Source: Klebsormidium nitens (taxonomy: Eukaryota > Plantae > Klebsormidiophyceae). From it: DNA of 64,000 nt. The stretch is from positions 67,656-131,655 of the forward strand of contig DF237186.1 of NCBI GenBank assembly GCA_000708835.1, read 5' to 3'. The translations under genes and the position numbers were made by a program. Numbering within the stretch: the stretch's first letter is position 1; the number at the start of each line of letters is the position of its first letter. Below are positions 38,401-50,649 of the stretch, one piece after another. The notes beneath the pieces are model-generated. The model saw only the letters and a list, made by a program, of their open reading frames with translations, was not told the DNA's origin and did not search any database.

Positions 38401-41050
38401 CCACTCACGAAGGCGAATCAGATCCTGCCACGTCAGCTTCGCATGACGAGGCTCCCGGTGCCACCAATCGTGAGTCGCATGACGCTACAAAGAGTACGAA
38501 GGATCTATTAAATAAAAGGGGCGGGGGAAGTGAAGCCAGTATGAGTAGCCGAAGCCATGGAGAGAGAAGGAGTGCGAGCGGTTTCCTGGAAGAGACGAAG
38601 CAGGGGTTGGAGTCGCAAAGAGAGGGAGACGGAGCCCAAAGCTCGGGGAGCACTGGGCCTCAAGACAAAGCAAAGCGGGTGGTGTTTTCCGAAGATGCCC
38701 ACGAGGAGCGGCCTGTAGGTTTTAAGGGTGGGGAGGGGCGTCAGGCGGAGTCAGCAGAACAGGCGGATGGGCCGAGTGGGAAGAGCACTGAGCGGTCGTA
38801 CGGTGCGTTTGGAGACGATTGGGACAACGAGGAGTTCAGCTTCGGGTCTTCGACCAGTAAGAAGGTGGGCGCTCAAGCTTGTACTTCACTCTCTTACATT
38901 GAAAGTGGTCAACACTGTGTTTGTCTCGGATGTCTTGGAGACTAGTCCTTGCTTCCACGTCCTGCTGCCTCCAAGAACCTGGCTCTTGGTTGCGATTGCT
39001 GCTCCCTCGCGATGGGCCAACTTTATCCGCGTTGCCTCACGATCAGCGGTTGCAATGCGTCGAAAGGAAATGCAATCCCTCCTTGGGCCCTACCTATAGG
39101 ACCCTGTATGCATTCTGCAACGTAGTCTTCAGTGAGTAAACAGGAACAGACGTCAAATCCGGGAATTCCAGAACTGCAACGATGGATTGTCTTTTCTCCA
39201 GTTCCCCCTTGAGAGCATTATTGCAAGTGTTCCTTACCTACGCTGTGCTGTTGCTAGTCAGAGAGAATTCGTGACTATCTTTCACTGCTCACAGAAGACA
39301 CAGCTTCTTAAGAGGCGTAAGCAACCTAGAGCTCTTGGCGGAAGCAACTCAGTGAATCCTGACCCGAGACATTGAAATCGCCGTCGGGTAGGAGAACTTT
39401 AAGACCTCGATTAAATGTTGCGCGACGGCACGCTTACTGTTAAAGGCGTTCTTTCTCTGACAGGGCAAGCCCTCGTACACTCTCGACCTTGACGACCTCT
39501 TCAAACGGAAGCCCCGCACCGCCCCGCTTCCAAATGGCTCGGATTCCTCAAGTGGAACCTTTGGGGAAGGCGCTTTTCAAGGTCCCGCAGAGTCTCAAGT
39601 GTCCAGCAACGGGTTAGGATGGGGGTTAGGCGGTAGTTCACAAGCTTCTGGAGGAGTAGGCCCACAAACCGTCAAAACGGGGTCAGGTGTGGGTTTGGGA
39701 GGCAAAAACGCGGCAATGGATGCGGTTACGGCAGCCCTTAAGCAGCGGCAGGCGGCGTCCAAAGGTTCTCCTGAAAAGCCCTCTGAGAATTGGGTTAGCC
39801 AGTCGGTTAGTGCAGACTGGGTTAGGACACCTTCAGCCGACGTGCTTGGGGAGCCGGTTAGCGTTGATTTCGAGGATGATCGAGCGGTTCTGGACGAGAC
39901 GGGGGTGTGGAGTCCGAGCCTCACCAACCCCCCGCTTCGAACAGAGCTTTCGTTTGGGCCGGTGGAAGACCATACGGAGGGGGGTGAGGCTACTGGCAGG
40001 GAACAAGACAGGAGCGGGGCGGAAGAACCGAGCGATGTTCGGAAAAGTGAAGACTTGGGGAGGTTGCGAAACGGAGATGATTGGGAAGCGGAAGCAAGCG
40101 ACGGGTTTCCAGCGGGAGGCGGTCGATTGCACGGGCGTTTGGAAGCGGAAACGGAGTCTGTCAGGGCGGCGGACAGTGCCTTGCGAGAAGGTGCGGGTTT
40201 CCACAAAAAGGGCGAGGAAAATACTGAAGCGGACCGGGCGAAAATGCGCAGCGAGGACACGGGAGGGAAGGGAGACAGTGAAACGGCTCAGGTAACGGTG
40301 CGGGAACCAGGGGGCAATGGCGGGGAAACGGGGAGTGGCCGCCTTTTTGGTGTTAGGAACGATCGGGCAGAGACTAAGGGCGGTGAAGCGTCCACTTCGG
40401 GGGGGCAAAACCTCGGGTTCGGAAAAGGGGGGGCGAGGTCGAAGTTGTTTGGGGACAGCGACGAAGAGGATGACTGCGGGCTGCCGCTCTTTGGGGGGAA
40501 GCTCGGGCAGCGGCCGGGGGGGAAAAGGCGGGGTCTGTTTGAAGATAGCGATGAGGAAGCGGGGGGGTTAGGGTTTGGGCGACGAAGCACGGGTTTGTTT
40601 GGTAATGGGTACGGTTTGGCAAAGGACGGTCTCGGTGGCCAGAAGCAGAGCACCGGGCTCTTTGGAGACAGTGAAAAGGCAACCGGGGGACTGTTTTCGA
40701 GCGACCGGGGGGAAGGTGATGTTAGCAGCGCGAGGGCCGCGAAGTCAGCGGCTGAGGGATCCCCCAAAAGCGATGCGGCCAAAGCTGCGAGGAAAGCCGA
40801 TGAGGGCTTGTTCGGGGCGCCGCAACAGCAAACGGCTCTGAGTGCGGATCTTTTCGGCGACGATGAGGAAGATGGGGACCTCTTTGGTCTGAGTGGGCTT
40901 GGTCGCCATTCGCGTGACAAAGCGGGATTTGGGGAGGCGGGCCCAAAGCGGACGACTGGGATCAGCGCTTTTCTCGAGAGTACGTATAGCAGCGACGAGG
41001 AGGATCCGTGGGAGGGCCGGTTGGCCAAGCTCAAGGAAGGGCAGGACTGA
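35431..41050 (+). CDS. WASHC2: FAM21/WASHC2-like WASH complex subunit
   Basis: Exons 35431-35496, 36266-36430, 36963-37596, 38368-38864 and 39464-41050 total 2949 nt, in frame. The N-terminus EWCLASDVKLLAWLKGFSQ...LRNVFTSLHQLSNTQFIEQRVQDED and RPLPLILGTDAF resemble recalled FAM21 motifs (WSLAADAGLLQFLQEFSQ, LSNTQFIENRVYDEE, RPLPYLIGS). The disordered tail has repeated LF+acidic motifs. Confidence 0.8.
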
Positions 41051-42492
41051 AGATGGGTTATTGAAATGCACCGCTGCGTTCACTGCGCCAGAATCTTCAG
41101 AATTTATTCCCACAATCGATCAAGTTTGACTGCGTTCGGATTCGAAAGCGACCTTAGTCTGGCCAAGTTGAGAAGGTCAAGCCAGACCAGGAAGCTCGCG
41201 CTTTTGTGATGGCGGGGTTTGAATTGATCATCGACGCCGCGGCCTGCCAGCTTCGCGATCTGCATAATAATTGCAATGAAGCGGATCCGCATGACGACAC
41301 ATGTGTATAGGTACGCAGTACCTAACGTTATAGCTATAGCTGTAAAAATGTATTCAGTACATGCATTGAATGTGCATCATGGCGCTGCCGGGCGGCGGCC
41401 TCGAACGGCGCGGATGCATAACAAATCTCGCAGAGACGGCCGTTTCCTATTGTTGTTCCGGGGCGGCCCAATTATAATTGCTATACTATAAATGCATTTC
41501 CCGGCATGCACAATCAAATATATGGATATCGTGCCGCACTGGGCATGCGAACCCAATCGTACGATGTAGACGTCCTCGGACTAGTCTCTCGGACGTCCGG
41601 CGCCGGTTCAGCCAGATCGCGATCGGCCGGGGCCGTCGGTTCAATGCATGCGCGCACACCTGCTCAATGTGAATGGTCACGGTAGGCCTTAATGACCAAG
41701 AAATCGTTATACATATGTGATGGTGAAGCTATGACCGTGGGCCACATGTTCTATGGGAGCCATGGGTGACTATATCGAGTATAAGCCTTGAGAGGGAAAC
41801 GAAAGTCAGCATGGTCGGAGTATCAACCCGGAAGCCAGCCGCGCTCAGCTATGCTGCATGCTCTTCGGAAGGCGCTTTAAAGCTAAAGACATGCAGGGGC
41901 TGCAACCATGAGCACTCGCGTACCATCTCAGTACGTTTATCGGACTTTGCATGCGAGGCGCTGCTGCGGGTGGAACTCGTGTTGTGGAGGATGGCCAGTG
42001 ACCTAGACTCGCGGCCGCGGCGCGCCCGCGCTCAAACGCTCATGGGTTATGGTCGTCCCATCGTCGACTGGGGTTGATATCTTACGCGTCTTCGCTCTCG
42101 TGCAAGAGAAGCGCGAGTGTCACTAATCTCATTTCCAAACATGCCTAAAAGGAGGCATGCAAGCAGCAAAGTGACCACTTTCTGAGGCCTTGTCAGCCTT
42201 TGTTCAAACGTTTTCTCCTTTTAGAATTGCGTCGAACTTCACGCCAGCAAGGCCGCAATTACTGTAGAAGATTCTGCGATTGGCTTGATCGAATTTCCGA
42301 GCGTGCACGGCGCATGATCTTGGTGTGTCATCCTTCTCACGACTTTTTGGACGTGCTGCATCTAGGTGTTCTACGTCCAGCTCTTTCGTCATAGGTACAG
42401 GGTGCCCTTCGTAGCGCGTTCGAGACTTCGAGTCCGCAGCCTTCTTCCTTGCGACAGCAGACCACTTTCTTTCATGAAAGCACATTGACGCC

Positions 42493-45400
42493 ATGGCGGC
42501 CGCAACGGTGTCCGTTTGCGCAATCTCCCTCTCCTCCGCTGCTTTCTCTCCCCATCCACCGAGCGCTCTGCGCCGCCCCGGACGGTTCTCTCCCCCGGTG
42601 CATGCACCCGGTACGCACCGCCCGGGGCTCTCCGCCCCTCCCTTCGGCCGACCGACAAGTGTACGGTGCAGAGTCGCCGGCCTTGACGCTGGTGACGCCA
42701 GGCCCCCCGGGGATGCGCGCGCGCGCGATGAGCGGAGGGACGACGACCGCCCGGGGGGCATCGACCTGGGCAGAATGGACAGGGGGCGGGGTGATGAAGG
42801 AGTGGGAGAACGGCTGGGGAGCTTGGCAGACCGGGTGAGTGAAAACGGAGACGCCTCTTGACGTTGCTTGAACGACTTTTTGTGGAGGCAAATGGGAATA
42901 GAAGGCCTGTTTACGTTGCTTACAACGGCTATCTGTTCGAGACGCACATACACGGGACTTATAGAGAGTGAGCATGCCCGCTTGTCGCATTGCATGCCGT
43001 GTCGGGGGCTGGAAAGGCGTTGAGACGAATGAATAGCGATGAAGGCCAGCTCTGAGTTAGAAGATTGAAGTACCTTGGAAAACAATCAGTTCTCCACATT
43101 ATCTCTGCAAAGGTTGGAGCAAGGGAAGAAGGGACAGCGCGGGTTAGAGAAATGAATTTTAACAACGGTCGCCTTCTTCGGTCCCAAGAGCTTCGAACCC
43201 CTGTGGAGTAACAAGCCCCGTTTTCATCTTCTCCCTGCCAATCCAACCTTGTTCTGGTTCTTATTCTTGATTCCACCATTTGGATTGCATGGCTTATGGT
43301 TGACTGCCACGTGTCCTCACAGCCCGGTGCGCTGAGCCCCTTCGGAGGTGACGTCATCCGGGTGGGCCGCCGCCACCCCGAGGTGCGCCGCGCGCGTCGG
43401 CTGCTCAAAGACACCGGTGAGAGGAACCATAACGTGATGACCTTAGTATATGTTGTTCCCGACGGAGATCTTGAAACGGTGTATAATGGCGACAAGTCGA
43501 ATACATATATCTTCGAAGAAGCAGGAGTGATCCTGCACTTGATGCATCGCAGACTGGCCGCCGTTGCAAGCCGCTTCAACATTTCGTATAGTACCAGAAA
43601 ATGCGTGTGGAATCAGGACAAAGGAATGGGTGACGGAGCTCGTTGTAGCTGCACACTTGGATCCGATAATTGGGAGGCTACAAATCCAGCCAATCTACGT
43701 TCTCCTCCCTCAAAAAGAGGGAAAATGATACCCGTTCGATACGCTTCATAAGTTTGAAATTTACCTCATAAGCGCATCATTTGTCTCCTTCGTACGCAGG
43801 CTTCCTCAGCCGATACGCCGACGACACGGACCTGTTCGACCCCGCCATGCGGGAAGCAGTCCGTCTCTTCCAGGTGGGTTTGAAATATCTATAAGGAACC
43901 GTGACGGGAAAGAGTCAATGATAACGGGACCAAAGCATAGACCAAACCAGGCACAGTCGAAGGGACCATTTACAAGTATCGTTGGAAGGATTAGCAAATT
44001 CAAATGTTGACTGACGGTGAGATGAGAAGTTTGCATAAGTGGATTGACAGCTTTCAAAGCCATCCATGGGGAGAGGTATTTGAGCTTCTGGACACAGTTT
44101 TGGTGGCACCTAATTTAAGCAGCGCTCAGAATAGGTTTCACTTCCTCTTGCGAACGGATCTCCGAGCATCTCAGGTCATACAAGGATGCCTCAACGGGCC
44201 ATCCTTCTCTTGCCATTCATACTGCCGTTCAAATGAGAATGGTAGATTGTTTGGAACCCGCATGACTTCGATGCTGGAAAAAAGAACGTTCGCCGATGCC
44301 GCGTGCCGATGCCTGTAGACCGAAATCCTTCCAATTGTTCCCATCACTTCGACCCCTGAACTTAAAGTCCAAGTTCCAAACCTGACCAAGCCATCAAACT
44401 CTATTCTTTCAGCTATTCACGAAATGCAACCGCAAAAGGCTAACCGCAAATCGCTAACCCCGGGTGCAGGAGGTATCCGGGCTGCTGACGGACGGCGTGC
44501 TGGGCCCCACCACCAAGGACACGCTGCGCCGCGTCGCGCTCGGCGCGCCCGTCACAGACGCCGTGAGTTTGTCAGCAAACCGAGATCCGGAGATTTATCC
44601 ACGTCTTCTTGCGGCTTTCAGGGTCCGAAAGGTTTGGGGCGCCCGTGACAGGTGCTGTGAGTCCGTCAGCTTAACGAGGGCGTCCGATTTTGAGCTTCAC
44701 TTGTGCATCTGAGTCATCGAGGAAAAAGGTCATCCAACGGCCCACATCCCTTTTCATTTGGGAAGTTTCCTTCGGCGACCAGACTTGCGTCTTGGGATAA
44801 GTGGACGCCGGTTGGGGAAGGCGTCCCCTGACGCCCCTCTTATTTGGCTTTTAGGATCCTACGTGTCTTTCAAAACTTGGGGCGCCTGTCACAGACGAAG
44901 ACAGCGCGTCAGCTATTTTAAGTTTGAGAGGTTTGATGAACACGTGCTATTTGGATTCTAGGAGCCTGCGTATCTTTGTTTCAAGAGTCTGGCGCGCTCG
45001 TGACAGACGCCCGTGAGTCTCTCCAATGTTTCGTTGCCGGGTTTGACGAACATGTGCCTTTCAACTTCTGGGTTTCTGTGTATCTTCGTTTCAAGGCTTG
45101 CGGCGCTTTCAATGGTTTGGGAGGCTTCGAATGACTGCGAGGCTTCGAACAATCCACAAGTAACCTTGCGCTTTGCCAGCTTTCTGCTCATGCCACTCTG
45201 GGCTGGAGGATGCTGTGAAGTCTAGTTCGTTGAGCAGAATCGCAGAAAATGCGAGTAGGCAGCGAGGGAACTAAACAAGGCAGGGTGCCAATACTTTGTG
45301 CATAGGCTTTCAGGTATTATTGGAAACCGGGTATTGCAGGTTTTTGAAAGCTCGGGCGCTTTTGCTGTCCAGGTGTCCGATTACACGGCGACGGTGAGCG

Positions 45401-48400
45401 TGCGCGACCTTCCTCCGACACCTTCCGTCGATCCCACAGACGCCGCCGTCATGGCAAGATTCCGCGTTCCATTCGCGTCCATTCGCGTTTCTTGCGCAAA
45501 AAGCTGCCGTTTCGTCCTCGAACGCCCGAGAGCCGTCAAACAAAAATTATAATCTTCATTGTTGAAGTCGTTGCAATTCGTTCTGGAATTTAGTGCTTTC
45601 TGTTCAAAAACTGCGTGTATTGCGCTTATTAAGTCGGACCAATTGAGGACATCGGATCACAATTCGCTGCTGCGCCGGAGAAGCGTCAGCTATGAGCCAG
45701 CTTTTGAGGTCGCCTGAAACGTAAAAAAACAATTTTTCGACCGATTGGGAACATCAAGCGGCCGGTTGGTAGAAAGTTTGATCCAGAATTTGATATTTTG
45801 CTTTAACGGTCTGGTTGACTCTTGGTGAGTGGTTAAGCTACTCAGGAAACGTCCACCGATGCCCAATCTCTTTCGACTGGAATGGAAGCAATACTTGGCG
45901 AAAGTGACTGTTGATCCGACGCTAAGATGCATCACTATAATCGACGACCCAAGTAACGACTCGGAAAACCTCCGCCAGGGGGCTTAGAAAAGTCAGTACG
46001 ACGGTGCGTCCACCCTACTTCAGACGCAGGCCAACGCTGAACAGCTATCAAAAATTTGTCACCCGCTCTGGTAACGACACGGTTTCGTTTCAGGTGACGG
46101 ACTGGTTAACGAGATGATCAGGTTCACCTAGTGGTGCTCTAACTGGTTCACTAGGTCTGGATTCCGTTCCCGATAACGGAATGATTTATCTGGATAACCA
46201 GGTTTGGTTAACGGCAGGTTTTTGTTGTGAACGCTGCAGACGCAGGCCATCTGTGCGCTCATGCCGTCTAAACTGGTTCACCAGACTCGCTTTCGTTCCC
46301 AACAACGGAGTGTTTAGTTGGATAACCCGGCTTGGTTAACGCCGGCTTTTTGTGGTTACTCCTGCAGACGCAGGCCATCTGCGCGCTGATGCTGGTGGGC
46401 GCGTCCCTCGTGGGCCGACTGCTGCTCGCGTCTCTGGCCAACACCAAAAGGTGATGACCGTTCGCTTTATAATCAGTAAGATCTACATTCAGCAAAGCTC
46501 GACGACCTAGTACGAAAGCCTTAAACCCCAGGATCGCTGCTCCGTATCTGTACCCAACCTAGACCCCCAAAGTAACCCCGTCCCTCCATGAATGACGATC
46601 TTGTTATCGCCTGCGTGAAAAGGCTTTCGAGAATATGGATCACACCGTCCCTTGCAATCACAACTCCCTTCTTCTGACCTGCACCCGACTGTCCATACCG
46701 GTTATTTAGACCCGACTATCTTGACCCGATTGCCACGGCCCGAATTTTTGGAAGTCTTTCGTATACGGGCTGCACCTAAGGTTGCAATTTGCTGTTTGGA
46801 TATGATCACAAGTTGCTGAGCAGCGTTGGTGTGCTCTTGGCAATCAGTTTCCCACATCTGCTGACTCTGGTCACAAGATTCTTCGGATCATCTTGCCCAA
46901 ATCTGGTCCAAACGATAGAAAGAGAAACATTTCTTTTCACGCGGCTTGCTTCGATCCATCCCGCCTGAGATCCTTGCGGCTGATGAGACGTGCCAGGTTG
47001 TCGGGAACAACGAAGCTGGAACGCTTACGCTGTCTTTCTCATCGCGCTTGAAGTCCCACAGAAAAAAACCGTATCCCCGCTGTCTCTTCGTATCAGAGAA
47101 CCCTTTCTACACAACCTCTCATATCAGACCACAGGAGAAAATCAAACCCTGCTTCCTCTCCCTTTCAACCGACAGAAGAACACGTTAGCCATGCAATTGG
47201 TTTTTTTCCAAAACCCGCAGACTGAAGGTGAAACCTTTTACCATCTTCTCGTCGTTTCAAACTCCCAGAAGGAAATTGTGTCTTACCTTGCTTCTTTCGT
47301 CTCGGTCTAGTTCTCACGAGGGCCCCTGGAGCTGCGGCTGCTGGCCCTTCAGTGAACCGGTGCGCAAGATCATGTACACAACCAGCGTCGCCGGGTGAGT
47401 TCCTTTCAACCTCTCACTACGTGCACAGGGTTTAGGGTAATCAAGCATGGTGGTTAAGGGCTGGTTAGGAGATTCTGATAGTGTCCAACGATAAGACTCG
47501 AGCAGTGAGCAGACGTTTTACGTGGTTACTGCCCGTTTATTGGTCGAAGTACCGGAGTGTAGTCTGGTCACCGAGCCTCGTTAGCAGCGAAACCCTTCCC
47601 GTGATGCCACTCAAAACCCGAAAGAAAGACATAAGTAGTGAGTCTCAGCACGATTGTAAGAGCACGTTGTCCGAAATTGTCTCTTTCCCAAGTCTTTCCG
47701 TTGGTTCGATCCAAGTTACAAGAGCGTCAATGCAAGTATGCTCGAGGACGGAATAAGGTTCTCAATGTTGTTTTCTGCTCTTCATTCATCTCTTCTGTTT
47801 CCAGCGGCGTACTGAACACGGCACGCAGTAGACGAGATTCTTTCAATGCGTTGGGAGTGCTTCAATTCAAATGCTTGGCAAAGCTGTTGCTCAGGTCGGA
47901 GAAGCGCAATCAGTACGCACTTTCGAGAAGTAGGTAGAGCAGCGTTCCGCTCATAATCTTAAGAGGGGCCGCAAACGAGTTGCAAATGTCAAACCGCTGC
48001 AGACGTCGCCTTGAACACATCACAGCTTCATTGCCGACTTCCTTCGCTTCGTACACACTTCTTTTTTTTAAGGGGTAAGAACCTCTGTGATCCTTCGCCC
48101 CCGGCTGGGAAGTTTGATTCTCTGGGACTTCCCCCCCCTGCAGCGTCGCCCTGTACACGGTGCAGCTGATCCGCGGCCTCTGAGACGTGCGCAAGAAGAA
48201 ACTCCCCGGCCTTCACTCGTGGGGGGCGCTGTCAACTGCGAAACCATCCCCCCAATCCAAATCCAACTAAACGTGGGGGTTCGATTCTCTCTGATTCTTT
48301 CCCCCCTGCAGCGTGGCGCTGTACACGGCGCAGCTGATCTGCGGCCTTTGGGGCCTGCGCGACCCGAACCTCCGTGCCCTCTCCCGGTGGGGGCTCAAAA

Positions 48401-49067
48401 GGAGTGAGAAAGCTCTCGAAAGGGATGAATTTCAAGACGAGGGGCTGAAACCTTTGTGTTTCTTCCCCCCTGCAGCGTGGCCCTGTACACGGCGCAGCTG
48501 ATCCGCGGCCTGTGGGACCTGCGCGACACGGGCCTCCCCGCGCTCGCCCGGTGGGGCGACCCGATCTTCCGCCCCATCCTGCTAGGGCTTCTCGCGGTCG
48601 CCGTCACCGACGACTCCCTCGCAGTGCGGCCGCGGCAGTGGGAGCGCGCGGCGATTCACGCTCTGGGCGCGCTCGTGCGCGCGCTGCTCGCGCCGTTCCG
48701 GGCGGTCCTTGGTGTGAATGAGCCCGAGCGGGGCTTGCGCGAGGTGGAGGAGAAGGTGGGGAGGGGGGTGCATGAGGTGGGGGAGAAAGTGCTGGGGAAA
48801 CGGGAAGGGGGAGGTAACGGAGAAGATAAGCGGCGGGAGGGGCGCAACGAGCGCGAGAAACGGAATGAAAACGACGAACGGCGTGGGGGTGAGAGGCGAG
48901 ATGAGGGGGAGGGGCACGAGGGGCAGGGGTTCAGAATCGAGGGGATGCGACGGGGGGGTGAGCAGAGACAAGGGGGGGAGGGGCGTGATGGGGGGGGGCA
49001 AAGGGAGGGGCAGGAACGGGGGGGGCGGCAGGAGCAGAACGGACAGAACCGGGGGATCGACGAGTAG
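42493..49067 (+). CDS. Predicted plastid-targeted membrane protein with a PG_binding_1-like peptidoglycan-binding domain
   Basis: Exons 42493-42834, 43323-43416, 43800-43873, 44470-44562, 45373-45393, 46368-46450, 47311-47394 and 48476-49067 total 1383 nt, in frame. The Ser/Ala/Arg/Pro-rich N-terminus ends in VRC. The PGBD-like segment is IRVGRRHPEVRRARRLLKDTGFL...DLFDPAMREAVRLFQEVSGLLTDGVLGPTTKDTL. It is followed by the hydrophobic helix QAICALMLVGASLVGRLLLASLA and a charged G/E/R tail. Confidence 0.78.
44630..45025 (+). repeat. Four degenerate copies of the exon-4 end/donor of the PG-binding gene
   Basis: Functional ggcgcgcccgtcacagacgcc|gtgagtttgtcagc (44542-44576) recurs at ~44636 (ggggcgcccgtgacaggtgctgtgagtccgtcagc), ~44815 (weak), ~44879 (ggggcgcctgtcacagacg) and ~44991 (ggcgcgctcgtgacagacgcccgtgagt). 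Confidence 0.82.
46140..46395 (+). repeat. ~128-bp tandem duplication spanning the exon-6 acceptor of the PG-binding gene
   Basis: aactggttca...ggataacc...ttggttaacg...ctgcag|acgcaggccatctg occurs twice (acceptors 46237-46239 and 46365-46367). A further cagacgcaggcca lies at 46021. Confidence 0.9.
47990..48540 (+). repeat. Array of four copies (one functional) of the last-exon acceptor of the PG-binding gene
   Basis: cccccctgcag|cgtggccctgtacacggcgcagctgatccgcggcctgtggg (exon start 48476) recurs at exon-like starts 48312 and 48144, with a faint copy at ~48003. Spacing is about 140-168 bp. Confidence 0.92.
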
Positions 49068-50649
49068 GCAGGTTTTGCTAGACGTGAGAAGGGGTGGAGT
49101 TCCTTGTGAGTGAGCTTCGATTGGCGCTTTGGTATGTCTCGTCAATCAAAGAAGGGAACGGCGTTCTAACCAACAAGAGCCCTTGCGGAGGCGTCGACAC
49201 ACCGTCTGTAGGTTTTACGTATCAGCGGTGTCGTTGGGCATGTAGCGATAGAAAGAATGCAAATGTCGGATTAATGAGAGGGCTCTTTGCACAGGGCTTC
49301 GGGCAGTCAGTGCAGCAATAAGCACCGCTTAACTCGCTTAGTACGTTTCAAAATTAGCCAGCTAGCATCTTTGGCATAGTAGCCACTAGGTTCGTTGGGC
49401 GCCCACCTAGTAGCGATGTGGGCGATTCGCTGCATTTAGATATCTGCTCTGCAGAACGGGCAGAGTGAAGATTTTGATATCAAACGTACTAAGCGCTCTT
49501 TGGTGAACGTGTTCGCTTGCCAGGCAACTTTCGGGCCGTGATAACGCCTTCGTTCTAGCTGCCGCCAACTTGACGTCTTTGCTTAGAATCATTCGACTAA
49601 GAAGTACGGTACTGGGTCGCTGAGCGCAGTGCTATTTGGGGACATCTCCTTTTACCTGCGACTGTTGAATATGATCAATTCTCTTCGACTTCCTGCTTAA
49701 TCGGTCCCTGCTGTGCCAGAGCGGAAGAGATTGTCAATGCTATCGTTGACCTTGCAATAATTCCCCATGCGACACGTAGTGTGCACGTAGTATTGTATGA
49801 ATGTCGATCTAGGAAGCTTGGAGTAACGCGCGGATGGTTTTATGTGGGAGGAAAGTCCCAAAACAGCGGGAGAGCGGGTGAACAGCGAGTTAGCTAGTTA
49901 GATTGCTCGAAGCACTAATCTTGGACGCCCTTCGGGTGCAGCCATTACGCCGATTGCTGCATGAGCCATACCAACAACACAGACTAGTCATCGTACAACT
50001 GCCAAATACCTGGAAGAATTAGCTATATCATCACTAGCGCGCTCCTTGTTCTCTGTCGCCAATTCAGCCTCATGTGAATCTGGTGCGCGTTGGAGTTTTG
50101 AGGGAGTTGCAAGGAGCTGCATCGTTGACGACCGGGTTGCAAAAGCAGTATGGCGCAACACTGTACCACTAGGGTCGTGTCGAAAGCCCCTTGATTTAAT
50201 TAAGCCAAGAATAATTTGAGCCTTTCAAGAGTAGAAACTTATCCAAAAAGCTCCATGTTTACTCGCCCCACAATCGGCTTCCTCGGAGCAATCCATAAAT
50301 CTACACACGTACGCCTGCACGCCAACTTCGACATGAACGGTTGATCCAAACATGTACGACTTTCTTATCTTGCTCTGTCTTTGTGATGTTCATTGTAACC
50401 GTGATGGAAAGTGCGCGCCGTGTGCGCCGACGTTTGAACTAATCACCATCATCAGATTGTCAATCAGTCCCCGGACATCAGTTGGATATATGAATCGGCG
50501 CATGGTACGGTTGATTTCAGACAAACCCTTTTTCCCAGTCCACATGCGAGCAAAGATAAAGTGGTTCTTGCAGCTTCTGCAGATAACTGCATATCATACG
50601 TCGATCAGTGCACTACTGTCTGCACTGCGCTGTACATTCCGTGGGCGCC

